From Azolla caroliniana (Eukaryota; Plantae; Polypodiophyta): DNA of 64,000 bases. The notes beneath the pieces are model-generated. The model saw only the letters and a program-made list of their open reading frames with translations, was not told where the DNA came from and ran no database searches. Both the position numbers and the translations under genes were made by a program. The DNA is taken from positions 248,001-312,000 of the forward strand of contig JBHGNT010000031.1 in the NCBI GenBank assembly GCA_043228905.1, in the 5' to 3' direction. How positions within the stretch are numbered: position 1 is the stretch's first letter; the number at the start of each line of letters is the position of its first letter. This document shows, one piece after another, positions 26,112 to 39,418 of the stretch.

Positions 26112-27251
26112 CACATCAACACCTTCAGTCGGATGTTGTCAGATCTCTCGTCACAAGGGATCAACTTCAAAGAAGAAGTGAAAGCCCTTGCCCTCCTATC
26201 GAGCTTGCCGGCAAGTTGGGAGGTATTCTGCACGATATACGCCAATAGCCGACCTATCCTAAACTTGGACGAAACAATCGACTAAGTCCTCACACAGGAT
26301 GTCAGGTGAAAATCGATGGGACTAACCATCGATTAGTCGGCAGAAGCCCATCACTCGACCAAGTCGTTCGACCGACAGAGTCGAATGAAAGAACAAGCCG
26401 ACAGAACCGACCGACACTACAGCCAATCGAAAACGAGGGGAAACCGATAGCGGTCGAAGTCGAAAACGAGCTGATCAAGCGAGTACTTCACACAATGCAG
26501 GAAAGTTGGCCACAATGTTTCCGACTGTTGGTCATTAAAAAGAAAAGAGAGTGCTCGACGATCCGAGCGGAATCGGGGACGTTCCGACTCGGACCACTTT
26601 CCAGTCGGCAACCAGATCAACGTTGCCAACACCCGATCCAGAGAAATCCTCTCCTTACAAGACTCCATGGTCGGAGAAGTACTCTACAGTGCACAAGTTG
26701 CACACACGTGGCTACTAGACTCTGGTGCCACATTTCACGTGACCCCCAACATTGAATGGTTCTCGAACTATTCAGTCAACCCAGCGGCACAACCCGACTC
26801 GGAAACGGGCACGAGTGCAAGATAACCAAAATCGGGGAGGTTCCCATCAGATTGCCAAATGGTAACACAATAACCCTGCATCGAGTTTGGCACGTACCCA
26901 ATATAAAGAGGATTTTGGTCTCCATCGGCATGTTAGCCAAAGACAGGTATAAAACGACTCTACACGAGTCGACATGGGTGATCAGCCGAGGAAACCTCAA
27001 AATCAGTAGTGGGTACAAGTATAATATTCTATACCCATTGATGGCGATCAACCCTGAAGGGGCCGTTAACGTAGCCGAGAAAACCGACCCGAACTTATGG
27101 CATGGCCGACTTGGCCACATGTCTCAAGCGGGACTTGGACAGCTGATGTCAGTCGGCTACATCCCGAAACTCCAAGCAAAGACGAACTTCTGCGAGCATT
27201 GTCGATATGGGAAATAGACCTAAAGTCTGCACTTTCTCCACTACGAGACGG

Positions 27252-29204
27252 TGTCGAACGCAACCGCCGAAGTCTCTAGGATTAGTGCGCATGAACCCTC
27301 GGTATTATCATCCTCTATCATTTCAACCATAGCCACCTTCTCGGCTATCTCTCCGTCATATGAATCGGCTTCGACCTTTGTTTTCTCTCCAACACCTTCC
27401 ATTTCTTCGGTCTCACGTTGCCTTTCGAAAGCAACCGCCGGAGTCTCTGGAATCTGTGGTGGGGAAGTCTCAATATGACCATCCGCCATTGATTCGTCCA
27501 TAGCCACCTTCGATTCGATGTCATCTTTCGTGACGACCTCTTCAATCAAGTCCTCCTTGCTCTCTTTCACTGCATCACTTATGCAAACATCAATTATGCT
27601 TACCCCTTTTTCACCCGATGTTTCGGACACTTGTATTCTGAAACCTTCTTCTACACTTGGGTTATCGGCCTTATCCTTCGCCGTCGTTCTTTCACAAGAC
27701 AAGAGGGTAGCTTGTTTTACACCTTCTTCCGTCGCACCATCATGTTGTATTTCAGCCTTCATATCAGCTCCATCGTTTGTCTTCAATCAACCATCCTTCA
27801 TCGGCCATGTCGTTGACAAGATTCTCATCTTCCTCTCATCATGTCTCCAGCATACCCTTTGGACTTTGGCCCAATCTTTGGTAAGACCATTCTCACCGTC
27901 ATCGTCTTCGAGTTCGATCCCGATGTCCATCCTTTCTTTTCAATCGATCGATTTTACGAACATTAGGACTTTATCCTCTCCCACCAATCTTTGTTCCCAC
28001 TTCGAGAGTCGAGCAAAACGATGCTCGAACTCTAGGAATACTTGTGTTGCACTCCGGTAGGTCTTCTCCGATGCCACCCATTTGTCAAATTCTCGCCGAT
28101 CTTGTCCCTTCGATCTCTTGAAATCATATGCCTCTCGTAAAGCTTCTTCAAAGGATTCCCATGTCGGGTTTGTTGCCCTATTTTGTGGATTCTCTCTTGT
28201 CATACGTGACTACTCGATTGAAGGATGTCACTTGCAATTCTTCCGGTATCCCACATCGCATCATCTCGGCCTTGTATTCGCATAGATAGCTTGACACATC
28301 CTTTTCGTTGAATTCCCCGTTTCTTTGCACAAGCCGCGCTACTGCCGATTTCATCTCCTACATTGTGCATTGCTCTTCTTGCATCCACTTAATCATCATC
28401 ATCATCATATTCATCGCTTCTTGTTGATTCTCCATCTCCTTACCACCCCTCTTCATGTCGAGTTCACCACTTGTCTCATGCCTTTCGGCGTCGGATCGTT
28501 GCGTGAGTCGGGTGGGAACCATTGAGGTTTTCAACTAGGAGAAAAGAAAATTCTAAGGCAATGAAGAATATGAAATATGTTGTAAGAAAGAAAGATATGA
28601 AAAACTCGTGAATCCCACAAGTATAGTGTATTAGTAAGTACTCAAATTAAGAGAGAAAAAATAGTTAGCAAATTCGTGAATCCCATGATTATATTATATC
28701 AATCCACCCTTGTAAAATAAGCAACAACCCCCCATACATCTTTCTCTCCTCCTTATATAAGGATGGCAGAGGCTAAGCATAGCTTCATGCTTTTTCTAAA
28801 GTGTTCATGCACACTAAATGTGCATGAGTTGCCTTTTTACACTATGCTTTTATTTCCTAAATATAGTGCTCATGCTCGTTAGATGTGCACGAGTCATTTT
28901 TAATTGGTGTACATTTTTCTTATAAATAAAGTAGTCACGCATTCTAAAAAAAATGCATGACTTACCTTTTAATAAAGGTAGACGTAAATAAAGGTCTTAT
29001 ACGTATTAAATCTAAATTTAAAACACTTAGGATAAGTTAGTACAATGGTAAGGTTGGGGTTTGTCTATGTGGATGTACAAGGTTCAAATTTTGCCCTATG
29101 CACGTAATAAATATTTTTAATATTTTACGTTATTTATTATACGTACTTTACATCGGATATAGTATTTTACATATTTCACGTAGTGTGTGATTCACACTAC
29201 GACA
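27252..29204 (-). mobile_element. Truncated LTR element (LTR-like region plus decayed gag-like and acidic ORF) with TGTCG..CGACA ends
   Basis: Interrupts the Copia-C HYETVRQPLELVH motif. 4-bp TSD ACGG/ATGG. Gag-like TWESFEEALREAY..EFEHRFARLS. The left end lies inside an open Glu-rich frame. Confidence 0.82.
29030..29102 (+). other. tRNA-like 73-nt cassette within the LTR-like region
   Basis: GGATAAG-TTAGTACAATGGTAAG..CAAGGTTCAAATTTTG-CCCTATGCA. A and B boxes at tRNA spacing with an imperfect acceptor stem. Confidence 0.55.
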
Positions 29205-29710
29205 ATGGTACGACAACCCCTAGAGCTCGTGCACACAAACATATGTGGGCCCATGCCAGAGTGATCACTAGGAGGCTCCCGGTACTTCATCACATTCGTA
29301 GATGACTATACACGGAAAGTTTAGGCATACTCCATCAAGTCCAAAGATTAAGCGCTCGAGGTCTTCACTCGATGGATATTTGAAGTGGAGAACCGGTCGA
29401 GATACAGAGTGAAGACACTCCGATCCGACAACGGAGGTGAGTACACCTCTAGAGCCTTCAAACGGTACCTGTCCGGAAAAGGGATCCGACACCAAAAGAT
29501 TGTTTCCTACACACCCATGCAAAATGAGTGTTGCCTCTTAGGAACACGGTCCGTGGCCAGTCCTTCGACCTAGACCCCAAGGTGGGTGTGGAACAACGAA
29601 CAGGGTTTAAGTGTACTGTGTAAGGAGAGAACCTCTGTAATTCCTCCGCGTATAAGGGAAGACGGCTACAACCTAAGGGTATAACACCGTTATACGCGGA
29701 AGACACAAAT

Positions 29711-32700
29711 ATGTTGGCTGGGGTGGAGGATGCCGAATTGGAAGCGTACCTTGACGAACATCCTCGGATTATTCCGCTCTTCGAAATAGATGTCATCGCA
29801 ACTGCGGCAGAATATACTACGGCCATTGTCCCGCACGAAGAGCCGTACGAACCAAACCCAGAGTCCATATTGGAACTCAACAGAGCACAGGTGGCATTCA
29901 AAAGGGAAATGGAGATTTCACGACGAGTCACCGCTTCTGCTCTCGACGAAGTGAATGTGGGTACGGAATTGGAACCTCAGTTCCTCTCCATAGCAAAGGA
30001 ATTGACGCCGAACCAAAGAATCACAATGATCGAACTACTCCCGGAATATAAAGATGTGTTCGCTTGGGCTCACGTGGACATGAAGGGGTTAGATCCCAAG
30101 TTCTATCAGCATAAGATCAATTTAGCAACTGATGCGAAACCTATCCAACAGCGCCGCTACCGCATGAACCCCAATTACGCAACCCGCGTGAAAGAAGAAA
30201 TTGACAAGTTGCTGAGGGCGGGGTTCATACGGCCAATTAAACAAGAGACATGGCTAAGCCCGATAGTGGTTGTCCCAAAGAAAAATGGCAAAATATGGGT
30301 ATGTGTAGATTATCGAAAATTAAACGTCGTAACCATTACGGACGCATTTCCCTTACCCTTCACCGATAGCGTGCTGGACGCCGTCGCAGGCCATGAGATG
30401 TACAGTTTTTTAGATGGCTTCAGTGGCTATAACCAAGTACGCATGCACCCCGAGGACCAGGTGAAGACGGCGTTTGTCACGGACTGGGGAGTCTATGTGG
30501 CGGTCGTCGTGATGTTCGGGCTAAAGACAGCGCCGGCAACATTTCAACGAATGATTACGGAGATCTTTGGGGAATACATTCCGCCGTTCATGCAAGTCTT
30601 TTTAGACGATTTTGCGGTATATGGGCAAACAAAAGACCATTTTTCGCACTTACGTCTGTGCTTGGAACGTTGCCGCACCGCATGCTTGAGCCTGAATCCC
30701 GCGAAATGTGCCTTCGGCGTGACCAACGGGACTCTCCTAGGCCACATTGTCAGCAAAGAAGGAATAGCGGTCGACCCAAACAAGATCTCCGCTATTACGC
30801 AAGCTAAAACTCCGACAAATGCCAAATCACTTGGATGATTTTTGGGCCAAATACGGTGGCATAGTCGGATGATACGGTATTTGGCGGACTTCGCCACGCC
30901 ACTACACGTTGTCGTACATCGGACTCCTTTCCAATGGACTGCAACAGAGGATAAGGCCTATGAGGCACTTAAGATAATGCTCACACATGCCCCCATCGTA
31001 CAACCTCTAGTTTGGGCGAAGCCATTCCACGTGTTCGTCGACGCCTCGGACATAGCAATAGGAAGCGCGCTAATGCAACTCACCAAACCAAACTGGTACA
31101 GGCCAGTATACTACGCAAGTCGTAAATTGTTAGCAGCAGAGCGTAACTATTCCACAACAGAGCGGGAGGCGCTAGGGATGATCTATAGCATCAATAAATT
31201 CCGACATTATTTACTAGGACGGAAATTCACGTTCCACGTGGATCATTCGGCATTATTGTATTTGGTGGAGAAACAAGCCCTGACAGGGAAATTGGCGCGG
31301 TGGATGCTGCTGCTCCAGGAATTCGAGTTCGTAATTCAGTACCGGCCAGGGACGCAACACGCAGTGGCGGATTTTTTGAGCAGACTTGAGAACAGAGAAA
31401 CAGTACAGAAAGACGACGTCGATTTTCCGGACGTTGACATTTGGCGAGTAGCGACACTTGCAGAAAAAATGGAATCCACCTTTCCGGACCGATGGCTTAT
31501 GGAAATGACGTACTTTTTAACTACAGGACTACCTCCACCACAATTACGCACAGACGAGAAGAAACGACTAGCCGTCAGAAGCCGTCACTTCTGCCTTGTC
31601 GAAGGAAATTTATATCACAAAGGAAGTGACGGCATTTGGCGACGTAGAGTCCGTCAGGATGAGAAAGCAGTAGTTTTACGGGAGGCACACTGCGGCACGG
31701 TCGGCGACCATTACGCGGGCAACGTGACAGCCCGCAAAGTATGGCAGGCAGGCTTATGGTGGCCAACAACGCAGAAGGACACATCCGAGTATTGTAGAAA
31801 GTGTGATTTGTGCCAGCGGATGGGTCAGCCCGCGGAAGACGCAAGGATGCCACACCAGCCCGTATTACCGCTAGACCCCTTCCAAAAGTGGGGATTGGAT
31901 TTTGTGGGGCCCTTCACACCAGCAGCGGCCCGTACGGGCAACAAATACATATTGGTAGCCACGGATTACTGTACCAAATGGGTAGAAGCAAAGGCACTAT
32001 GTGAAAATACGGCGGCCGTCACAGCCAAATTTCTTTACGAGCACATCTGGTGCCGGTTCGGCTGTCCGATTGAGCTTATCAGTGACCAGGGGAGCCACTT
32101 CCTCAACATGGTGGTTCGGGAACTAACACAGCATTACGCAGTAGTCCACAAGAAGAGCACACCATACTACCCGCAAGCGAATGGATTAACGGAATCCACG
32201 AACAAAACTTTACAGACCATTTTGAAGAAAATCATCAATGAAAATAGAACTGACTGGGATATCAAACTCTAGAGTGCGTTATGGGCGTACAGAACTAGTT
32301 ACAAAACAAGCATACAGTCAACACCGTTCCGGCTAGCGTTTGGACTAGAGGCTATGATGCCGGTCAAATTTCGGGTACCTAGTTTGCGCATTCAGGTACG
32401 GAACCGATTATCAGAAGCCAAGTCGGAGGAGGAACGACTCTACCAACTCCTCGAACTAGGGGAAAAACGTGTCCACAGCATGGTTTTGTTGGAACAAGAA
32501 CAGCGACGGCATAAAGCGTTTGTCGATCGACATCAGAGTGCAAGGGAAAAGGAGTTCGCCGTGGGCCGAGCGGTGCTAGTTTTTCAAATGCGCATGGGCC
32601 ATATGCCAGGGAAGTTACGTTTCCGCTGGACCGGCCCATACTAGATAATTGGAGCGGAACAGGGCACATTCCAACTAGGAACGCTGGCTGGAGAAATAGT

Positions 32701-32803
32701 ACGGCAAAAAGTGAATGGGTTTCGGCTCAAACCTTACCTGGGCCCTACTCCACCTAACCCATTCACCGCCGAACGGGACAAAGCCGGAGAACCCGCAGTG
32801 TAA
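29711..32803 (+). pseudogene. pol: Gypsy pol (RT, RNase H, integrase), one frame with three nonsense codons
   Basis: WLSPIVVVPKKNG, FLDGFSGYNQ, FLDD, DASDIAIG, HHCC, WGLDFVGP, SDQGSHF, YPQANG. Stops at 30836, 32270 and 32642. Confidence 0.93.
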
Positions 32804-33135
32804 TATGGACAGTCCCATTTGTACTATAATGTAAAAATAGGTTGTAAATAACCGTTACGAAAAAAAAAAAAAAGAGAGAAGATAGTGACTATTAAAACGA
32901 CTAAAGGCATGCACAAACTCCTAGTTCAAGAACACGCGGCACCACGATGGCTCACCGCCCAATGAACCCTAAGCCACAAAAAGAAGGAAACAGAAGATTT
33001 TCTGCACAAAGCAAAAACCCATCTTCTAGCTATCAGCGCTCCCATCGCTCCTCCTCCTCACCTTCTTCCCCATCCTATCTCAGAGCTCCAACTCACCACT
33101 ACTACCCGTCTCCTCTCCACGAACCTACTCTGGCG

Positions 33136-36100
33136 ATGTCGATCTTCATCTCTACTGCCCTACGCCGATGGCTCGTGGAGAAACGCCTGGATGGTTACAT
33201 TCGGGCCGCAGAAGCACCTCCGCACCCGAACGCCATGGACATCACCAGGCAGCTTAACATCGACACGGTCACCAACTCTTCCATTCGGAAGAAGTTAGAC
33301 CTATCCTCACTAGGCGAAAGACATTTCAAAATACCTCCTGCAGAGGCGCTGCAGCGGTATTTTGACCCATATTCATCCTCCGCCAAGGCCTATAGAACAA
33401 AACAGATTCCGGATCCCTTCTTCCGTGAAGTTGCCAAGTTCCTACTGGAAGTCGGCTACGTCCATGTCAACGCATACGGGATGCCTAAGCAGAAGGCGGG
33501 CATCATTATCGACACCTTTGAAGGGCGTACAGTCGACTGGGGGGTCATCACAGGGCCGGCATTAAGGGAAGGCTTGCATGCGTACCAAGCAGGCAAAAAG
33601 CTCAGGCCAATCATCCAACAATACCTTACGGTATTGTTTCCACCCCGAGGCCTGCCAGCACCGCAGCCCAACCAACCCACGGCCCCGCCCCGATCCGCGA
33701 AACGCAGGTTAGTGAAGTTAGCGGCCCCAGAGTGGGAGGAGGAACCCCAACCGGCCCAGCTAGGCCCAAGGACAACACCTCCTACCGACCAGCCGGACAC
33801 ACGGGCGACGCAGGAGGAACAGCCGAGACGCCCCATGGAAGCAGCCCTAGAACCAAACACCGAAGCATGGCAGGAAAGCCCTAGACCAAAACGACGCAGA
33901 TTGGACAGGAAAGATGGGCGGGGGTTGGTAAACAACGCTCCCACGGCTCCGGAGGCACCGACCGAAGGTGAAGGCTCCGCAACAACAGAGCCGAATACCA
34001 CCTTCGAAATCATCCGGGAGCTGCAGCCAATTATTACGACTCAATCCCAACAAGGGAAAGCCGTATTGACGGCAGAAAGTGAGGTTCTGGCATATCCGGA
34101 TATCTCGGATACGGCCCAACGAATTCAGCGCCCTCTTGTAGTTCGGTACCTCTTTCGACCTCATGAAGTTCCTGGCAACACAACAGGTCAAAGCCGCCCA
34201 ACGAATGGCCGAGGAGCATGCGGAACGTCAGATGATAGAGCGCGCCCTAACACAAACAACGGAGAGCGACGATGAGGACCAGCTAGCCAGGGTCGGCAGA
34301 CATAGGAACGCCGAGGTACGGCGAGTAGGGATGGAGATACCACCCTTAAACACGGCCCTAGTCGAAGTCCATCAAGAACTGGCAAAGGTCAGCACAGGCG
34401 CCAAGGAGATGGCCATAAAAAATAAGAATGTCTGGAAGAAGGTTAAACTGACCGAAGTCGAACTACAAAAGGCCAACGCACGCATCGCGGAGTTGGAAGC
34501 TCACGCAACTACGGCGCAACACGAAACCCCGCCACCGAACCACGTTATTAATGCTCTAAAAGAAGAAATTGAGGCTCAGACCGCCATCGCCTCAAAAGCA
34601 AAAAGGGTCGTGCAGCTAGCAGAATCTGAAATTGACCGTCTTCGAGCAGAACTACGCCAATCCTCCGACAAAGAAAAGGAGATACGGGCTAACGGACGGA
34701 AGGCCATAAAAACTCTTGAAGAGAAACTAGCTACGGAGGTAGCCCAACACATCCGGACAAAAGACGACAACGCCCAATTACTGTTACCCGTTCCTTTGGG
34801 TGAACACCTTCGATAGACCTACGGCTATCGGTATTCAAGGGTGTGGTACGTGAAGGCTCGTAACAGAGGCGTCATGAGGGAGAAAATGATCAGAGATAAA
34901 ACACTAGCAAGATCTTAATATGCGTGGGCAGCGCTAAAATCATAAGTATGAACCAAAGCACAGACACATGGAGCAAAATCGGCACAAATTAGATATATTA
35001 CTGCGACAGAAAAAGGATTACAAAACACGGCCTATCTAGTTACGATGGACTAAGCTAGTGCTTCCGCCTATATTTTCTGCCCTCGCTCTGAGGTACTGGA
35101 CCTCGTTTAAATATGTTTTCCCTAATACATAGCTGAGCCGTCGGTGGCCCGTGATACTCGGACTCGGCGCTCGCTGGCGTTCTTTCCTACTCGGTTACAC
35201 TACCGCCGTTTGCTAATTTCCTAATTCTATATTTCTGTCCTCTGGACAACAATTACGAGAGGACGCGAAGAAATCAGAGGCAGCAACAGCGGAACTTCAG
35301 GCCTTCTTAGAAAAAAAGAAGGTATGGTTCGATGAGCAGTTGGTGGTCGAACAAGACAGAAGGCATCAACTCGAAATCCGCCTAAACAATGAAATGGGGA
35401 AATTAGAAGAATAGCATGCAAAGAAATCCCAGCTGTGGGCGGGCCTGAAGGCCACATATGAGGAAGCGACAGCCGTTAAACAGCAGGAAATCGCAAATCT
35501 CCAGAAGTCAATGGAAGACGCACGCAACCGCTACCAGGCCATCACGAATAACGTGCGCATCCTTCTCCAAACCAACCGGGAAAGGTTCACAGCGCAATTG
35601 AAAACGGCACTGGACAAAGGATGGATGGCGTGGGCAACCCAAGCCGCGGAATTGCACACGTATCGTGCGGACTGGGAGAACCGGCGAAAAGACGGCCGAG
35701 GGTTTTATAAGCTAAATGAGGAGAGCATTGCGACCGTACGAGAGGACCTAGCGCAAGACTATTGCGTGCTAGCAGACCAACACTCTGAAGAACTCGCACA
35801 ACTCCTAGATGATTTTGGTGAAAGTCAGGAGGAGCTATTTCACCAGATCACACAAGCTGGCAACACGCACACAAACGAGGAACCCAGCGAGACACCAATT
35901 CCGGTCACAGCCGAAGAAGAGGAACCTCAGGCCCGATCACCAGGGATGACAACGGGGGAGAATAGCGGGGACCAACGAGCGGAGCTCCCCACAGGACCAG
36001 ACAACGAAACCATTACCCAACAAGAGGTCCAGTCGCACCAGCCCACACCATCTTCAGAAAACGCGGAAAATAGTGCGGACCAGGCGGAATCCCTGCCCCA

Positions 36101-36380
36101 CGCCCAGGGACACACAAAAACGGCCAACATTGCGGAGGACGTAACAATAGAGGCTGAGCTGCAGCCGACTGCAAGCACGCCAACGGCGGAGCCCAACCCA
36201 CTAACTCAAGAAGAGCTCATTGTACCCGGACCACCCGCACACGGCGAAGGCGACCCCGAGAGAAACCAGGCCGACCAAGCAGAGGAGCCGCACCACGATG
36301 CACCTACGGGCCCTACATCAACTCCGGACGAGGACACCACAACAGAGCCGAACATCCGGGCCATTTTGGAAGAAGATTAA
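33136..36380 (+). pseudogene. Extra ORF 3' of gypsy pol (~920 aa reconstructed: globular N-terminus, Pro-rich linker, coiled coil, acidic tail)
   Basis: ORF pieces 33136-34275, 34163-34781 and 35257-36380 join after removing the solo LTR and allowing frameshifts and one stop. Confidence 0.72.
34782..35251. mobile_element. Solo LTR inside the extra ORF
   Basis: TGTT..AACA termini, TSD ATTAC at 34777-34781 and 35252-35256. Confidence 0.9.
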
Positions 36381-39300
36381 CGAGATGGGTCCGACGTTGT
36401 CGTGAAGAAAACCATCCACGAGCGGAATCGGTGCGCTGGAGCATAGGAACCGGCTCTTCATGCACGTACGCCTTACGTTGTACATAGGAGAGAATTAGGG
36501 ACATAGAAGATCCAGCAAGCCGGACTGAAGCTGGAATTCTGGGCTGAGGCATTGCAGACAGCAGTGTACCTGATAAATCTGGCGTCATCAAGAGCAATCA
36601 GGCTCGAAGTGCCACATGCACTATGGTCAAGCAAACAGCCAACCTACGATAGGCTCCGTATATTCGGATGTGAAGCCTACGCGTTCATCCCCAGGGACAA
36701 AAGGACGAATTTGGCACCCCATGCAACAAAGTGCATATTTCTCGGTTATGGAACCGATGGGGACTTCGGCTACCGGCTATGGGACCCTGAGAACCGGAAA
36801 TTGATCTGGAGCAGCGACATAGTCTTCAATGAAGACTCTATCTTCTCTCAACGAAACCAACAAAAGATAGTTGGTAAGAAGGTATCCTTCGAAGATGACA
36901 GCACTGTCGTAGAAGGACCGACCCACCAGGCCGAATTGAAAACTCGACAAACAGTCGAACTCCAACAAGCTGACAACTTCCTTGCTGACACCGAATCAGC
37001 AACAAGTCCTATTGTCGAACTCAAAGACAAAGTCATCAAAGACACAGCCGAATCGACAAGGATCAATAAAGGCAAAGTCACCAAGAGACAACTCAGAAAA
37101 GAGTCGACGACAACCACAAGGGAGGATAACCGGACACCGTCGAATTCCCAATCTAGGGGCGGGACACCTAACAAGACTCCTGATACAAATGGTTCAACTA
37201 ATACCGATCGACCAACAGAGCTGATCGAAGGATCCGAACCAAACATCTCAGCACCCATGAGATCTAGACGAGCTCGAAGGCAAACAGAGTTCTACCAACC
37301 GGGCCTCGACTACGTCAACTACACGGATGCAGGTGAACCAAGTAGCTATGAAAAAGCTATGGCCACACCGGATGCCGAAACATGGCTACAAACCATGAAA
37401 TCCGAAATGGACTCGATTCATCAGAATCAGACATGGGAGTTGCTCGAACTACCAGCTGGGAGGAAGCCGCTACCTTGCAAATGGGTTTTCCGATACAAGT
37501 ATGTATCTGACTCAGAGAAACCCAAGTACAAAGCTTGGCTTGTCGTGAAAGGATTCAAACAGGAATACGAGGTCGACTACGACAGATATTCTCACCAGTA
37601 GTCAAGATGACCACCCTCTGACTCCTACTAAGAGTCGTGGTGACAAAAGATCTAGAGCTCGAGCAGATGGACGTAAAGACGGCATTCCTACACAGAGATT
37701 TGGAAGAAGACATATACATGTCTCAACTGGTAGGCTTCACGGTGACGAGGGAGGATAGTCACCTCATATGTCGACTAAAGAAAAGTCTATATGGCCTAAA
37801 ACAAGCGCCGAGAATGCGGTACTAGAAGTTTGACTCCTACATACAACAACTTGGATACAACCGTTCAGACTCCGACCCATGCATGTATGTTCGGCAATTG
37901 GACGATGATTCCAGGATCTATCTGATCCTATACGTCGACTACGTGTTGATTGTAGGAAGCAATCAAGCAGAGATCGGTAAGCTGAAACGGAGCCTTCACG
38001 CAAAGTTCGCAATGAAGGAACTCGGACAAGCCTGACACATGTTGGGCATGAGGATAGAGCGAAATCAAATGACCAATCCTCTCCGACTCTCCTAGTCTGG
38101 ATACATCCGCAAGGTGCTGAAGCGCTTCAACATGGAGAATGTGAAGCCAGCACCGACACCGCTTCCGACGTCGATCGGACTATCGAACAGAGACTCTCCT
38201 TCGACAGACAAAGAGAGAGAGCTTAATGGAAAGATACCCTACGCATCGGCAGTAGGAAGTATCATGTTCGCAATGGTGGTGACCCAACCCGACCTAGCCT
38301 ATGTCGTAGGGGTGGTCAGTCGATACATGTCAAACCCAAGAAAGAAGCATTGGGAGGCCGTTAAGCACATCCTTAGGTATGTGAAAGGAACCTTGGATGC
38401 ACAGCTGACTTTCGGGCTGACAACCTTAGCGAAGATGAAGGCTACACCAATTCCGACAATGCTGGAAATGCAGATAATCAGAAATCGACATCAGGCTACA
38501 TCTTCACCTATGGTGGCAGGGCGATGTCATGGAGGTCAAAACTTCAAGAGTGCACGGCTTTTTCTACCACATAAATCGAGTACATAGTAGCATCGGAAGC
38601 AGCGAAGGAAGGGATCTGGCTACACCGACTGACTGCCGACTTCGGAACTGCAAGCCGAAACGACCGACCAGCGTTGACCATTTATTGTGACTCACTGAGC
38701 GCAATACACCTCATCAACAATCCCGTCTATCATGCGAAGACGAAGCACGTTGAGGTGCGGTATCATCACATCCAGGAGCTCGTAAACGAAAAGAAACTCG
38801 AAGTCCGGAAGATCGACATCGAGGTGAACATCGTCAATTGCCTAAGGAAGTCACTCCCAGATCTATGCTTCGGAGCACTAAGGACGAAAATGGGGCTATG
38901 ACAAGCGACCGAGCAGAAGACAGCCAAACGAGGAGCAGAAGGTAAGATCTTATCGGAACAATAACGACACATCCTATAAATCTACCGACTCGGCTGCATG
39001 CCGACCAACTTGTAACATATAAACTTAGATCAACTTTGTAATCTAGGCTTACGGGGGAGATAACCCCAAATACTTGTACATGCAAGAAAGAGTAGTCCTT
39101 TTACAGGGGAGTTTGTTGGCATAAAAGGCCGGCTCCTTCCAAGTTGTATCCATTCGAGTATGAATTCGTCAATAAGTTAGGGCTTAGTATATAAGTGAAT
39201 ACCTAACATTGTATAGAGTGATGAGTGAAAGAGAGACGAAGAGTCTGTATATTGTATCTCTGAGAGAGAGAGAGAGTGAGAACGAAGCAATAAAGCTTTC

Positions 39301-39418
39301 CATTAGAGCTTGCACTGTGTAAGTCTATGCCTATTCTATTTTTCTATCTGTGTTGTTTGATGTTCATAACCGACAATAGATCCATATACGTTTCCGCAAA
39401 TCACACTTGTTCCCAACA

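Larger units (their letters stand above)
29531..36510 (+). mobile_element. LTR-less internal fragment of a non-chromovirus (Athila/Tat/Phygy-like) Ty3/gypsy embedded in the Copia-C integrase
   Basis: RT-RH-INT plus an extra 3' ORF. No LTR or TSD, and ~45 bp of Copia-C is missing at the junction relative to Copia-B. Confidence 0.88.
24706..39418 (+). mobile_element. Decayed Ty1/copia (Copia-C, same family as Copia-B) carrying three nested inserts
   Basis: LTRs 24706-25006 and 39114-39418, TSD TCTGG (24701-24705, 39419-39423), mutated PBS TGCTATCAGAGC. Internal segments are collinear with Copia-B. Confidence 0.95.

Noticed and set aside
17401-29102. Functional tRNA genes at 17401, 19730 and 29030
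   Set aside because: Acceptor and anticodon stems are imperfect, so they are reported only as tRNA-like.
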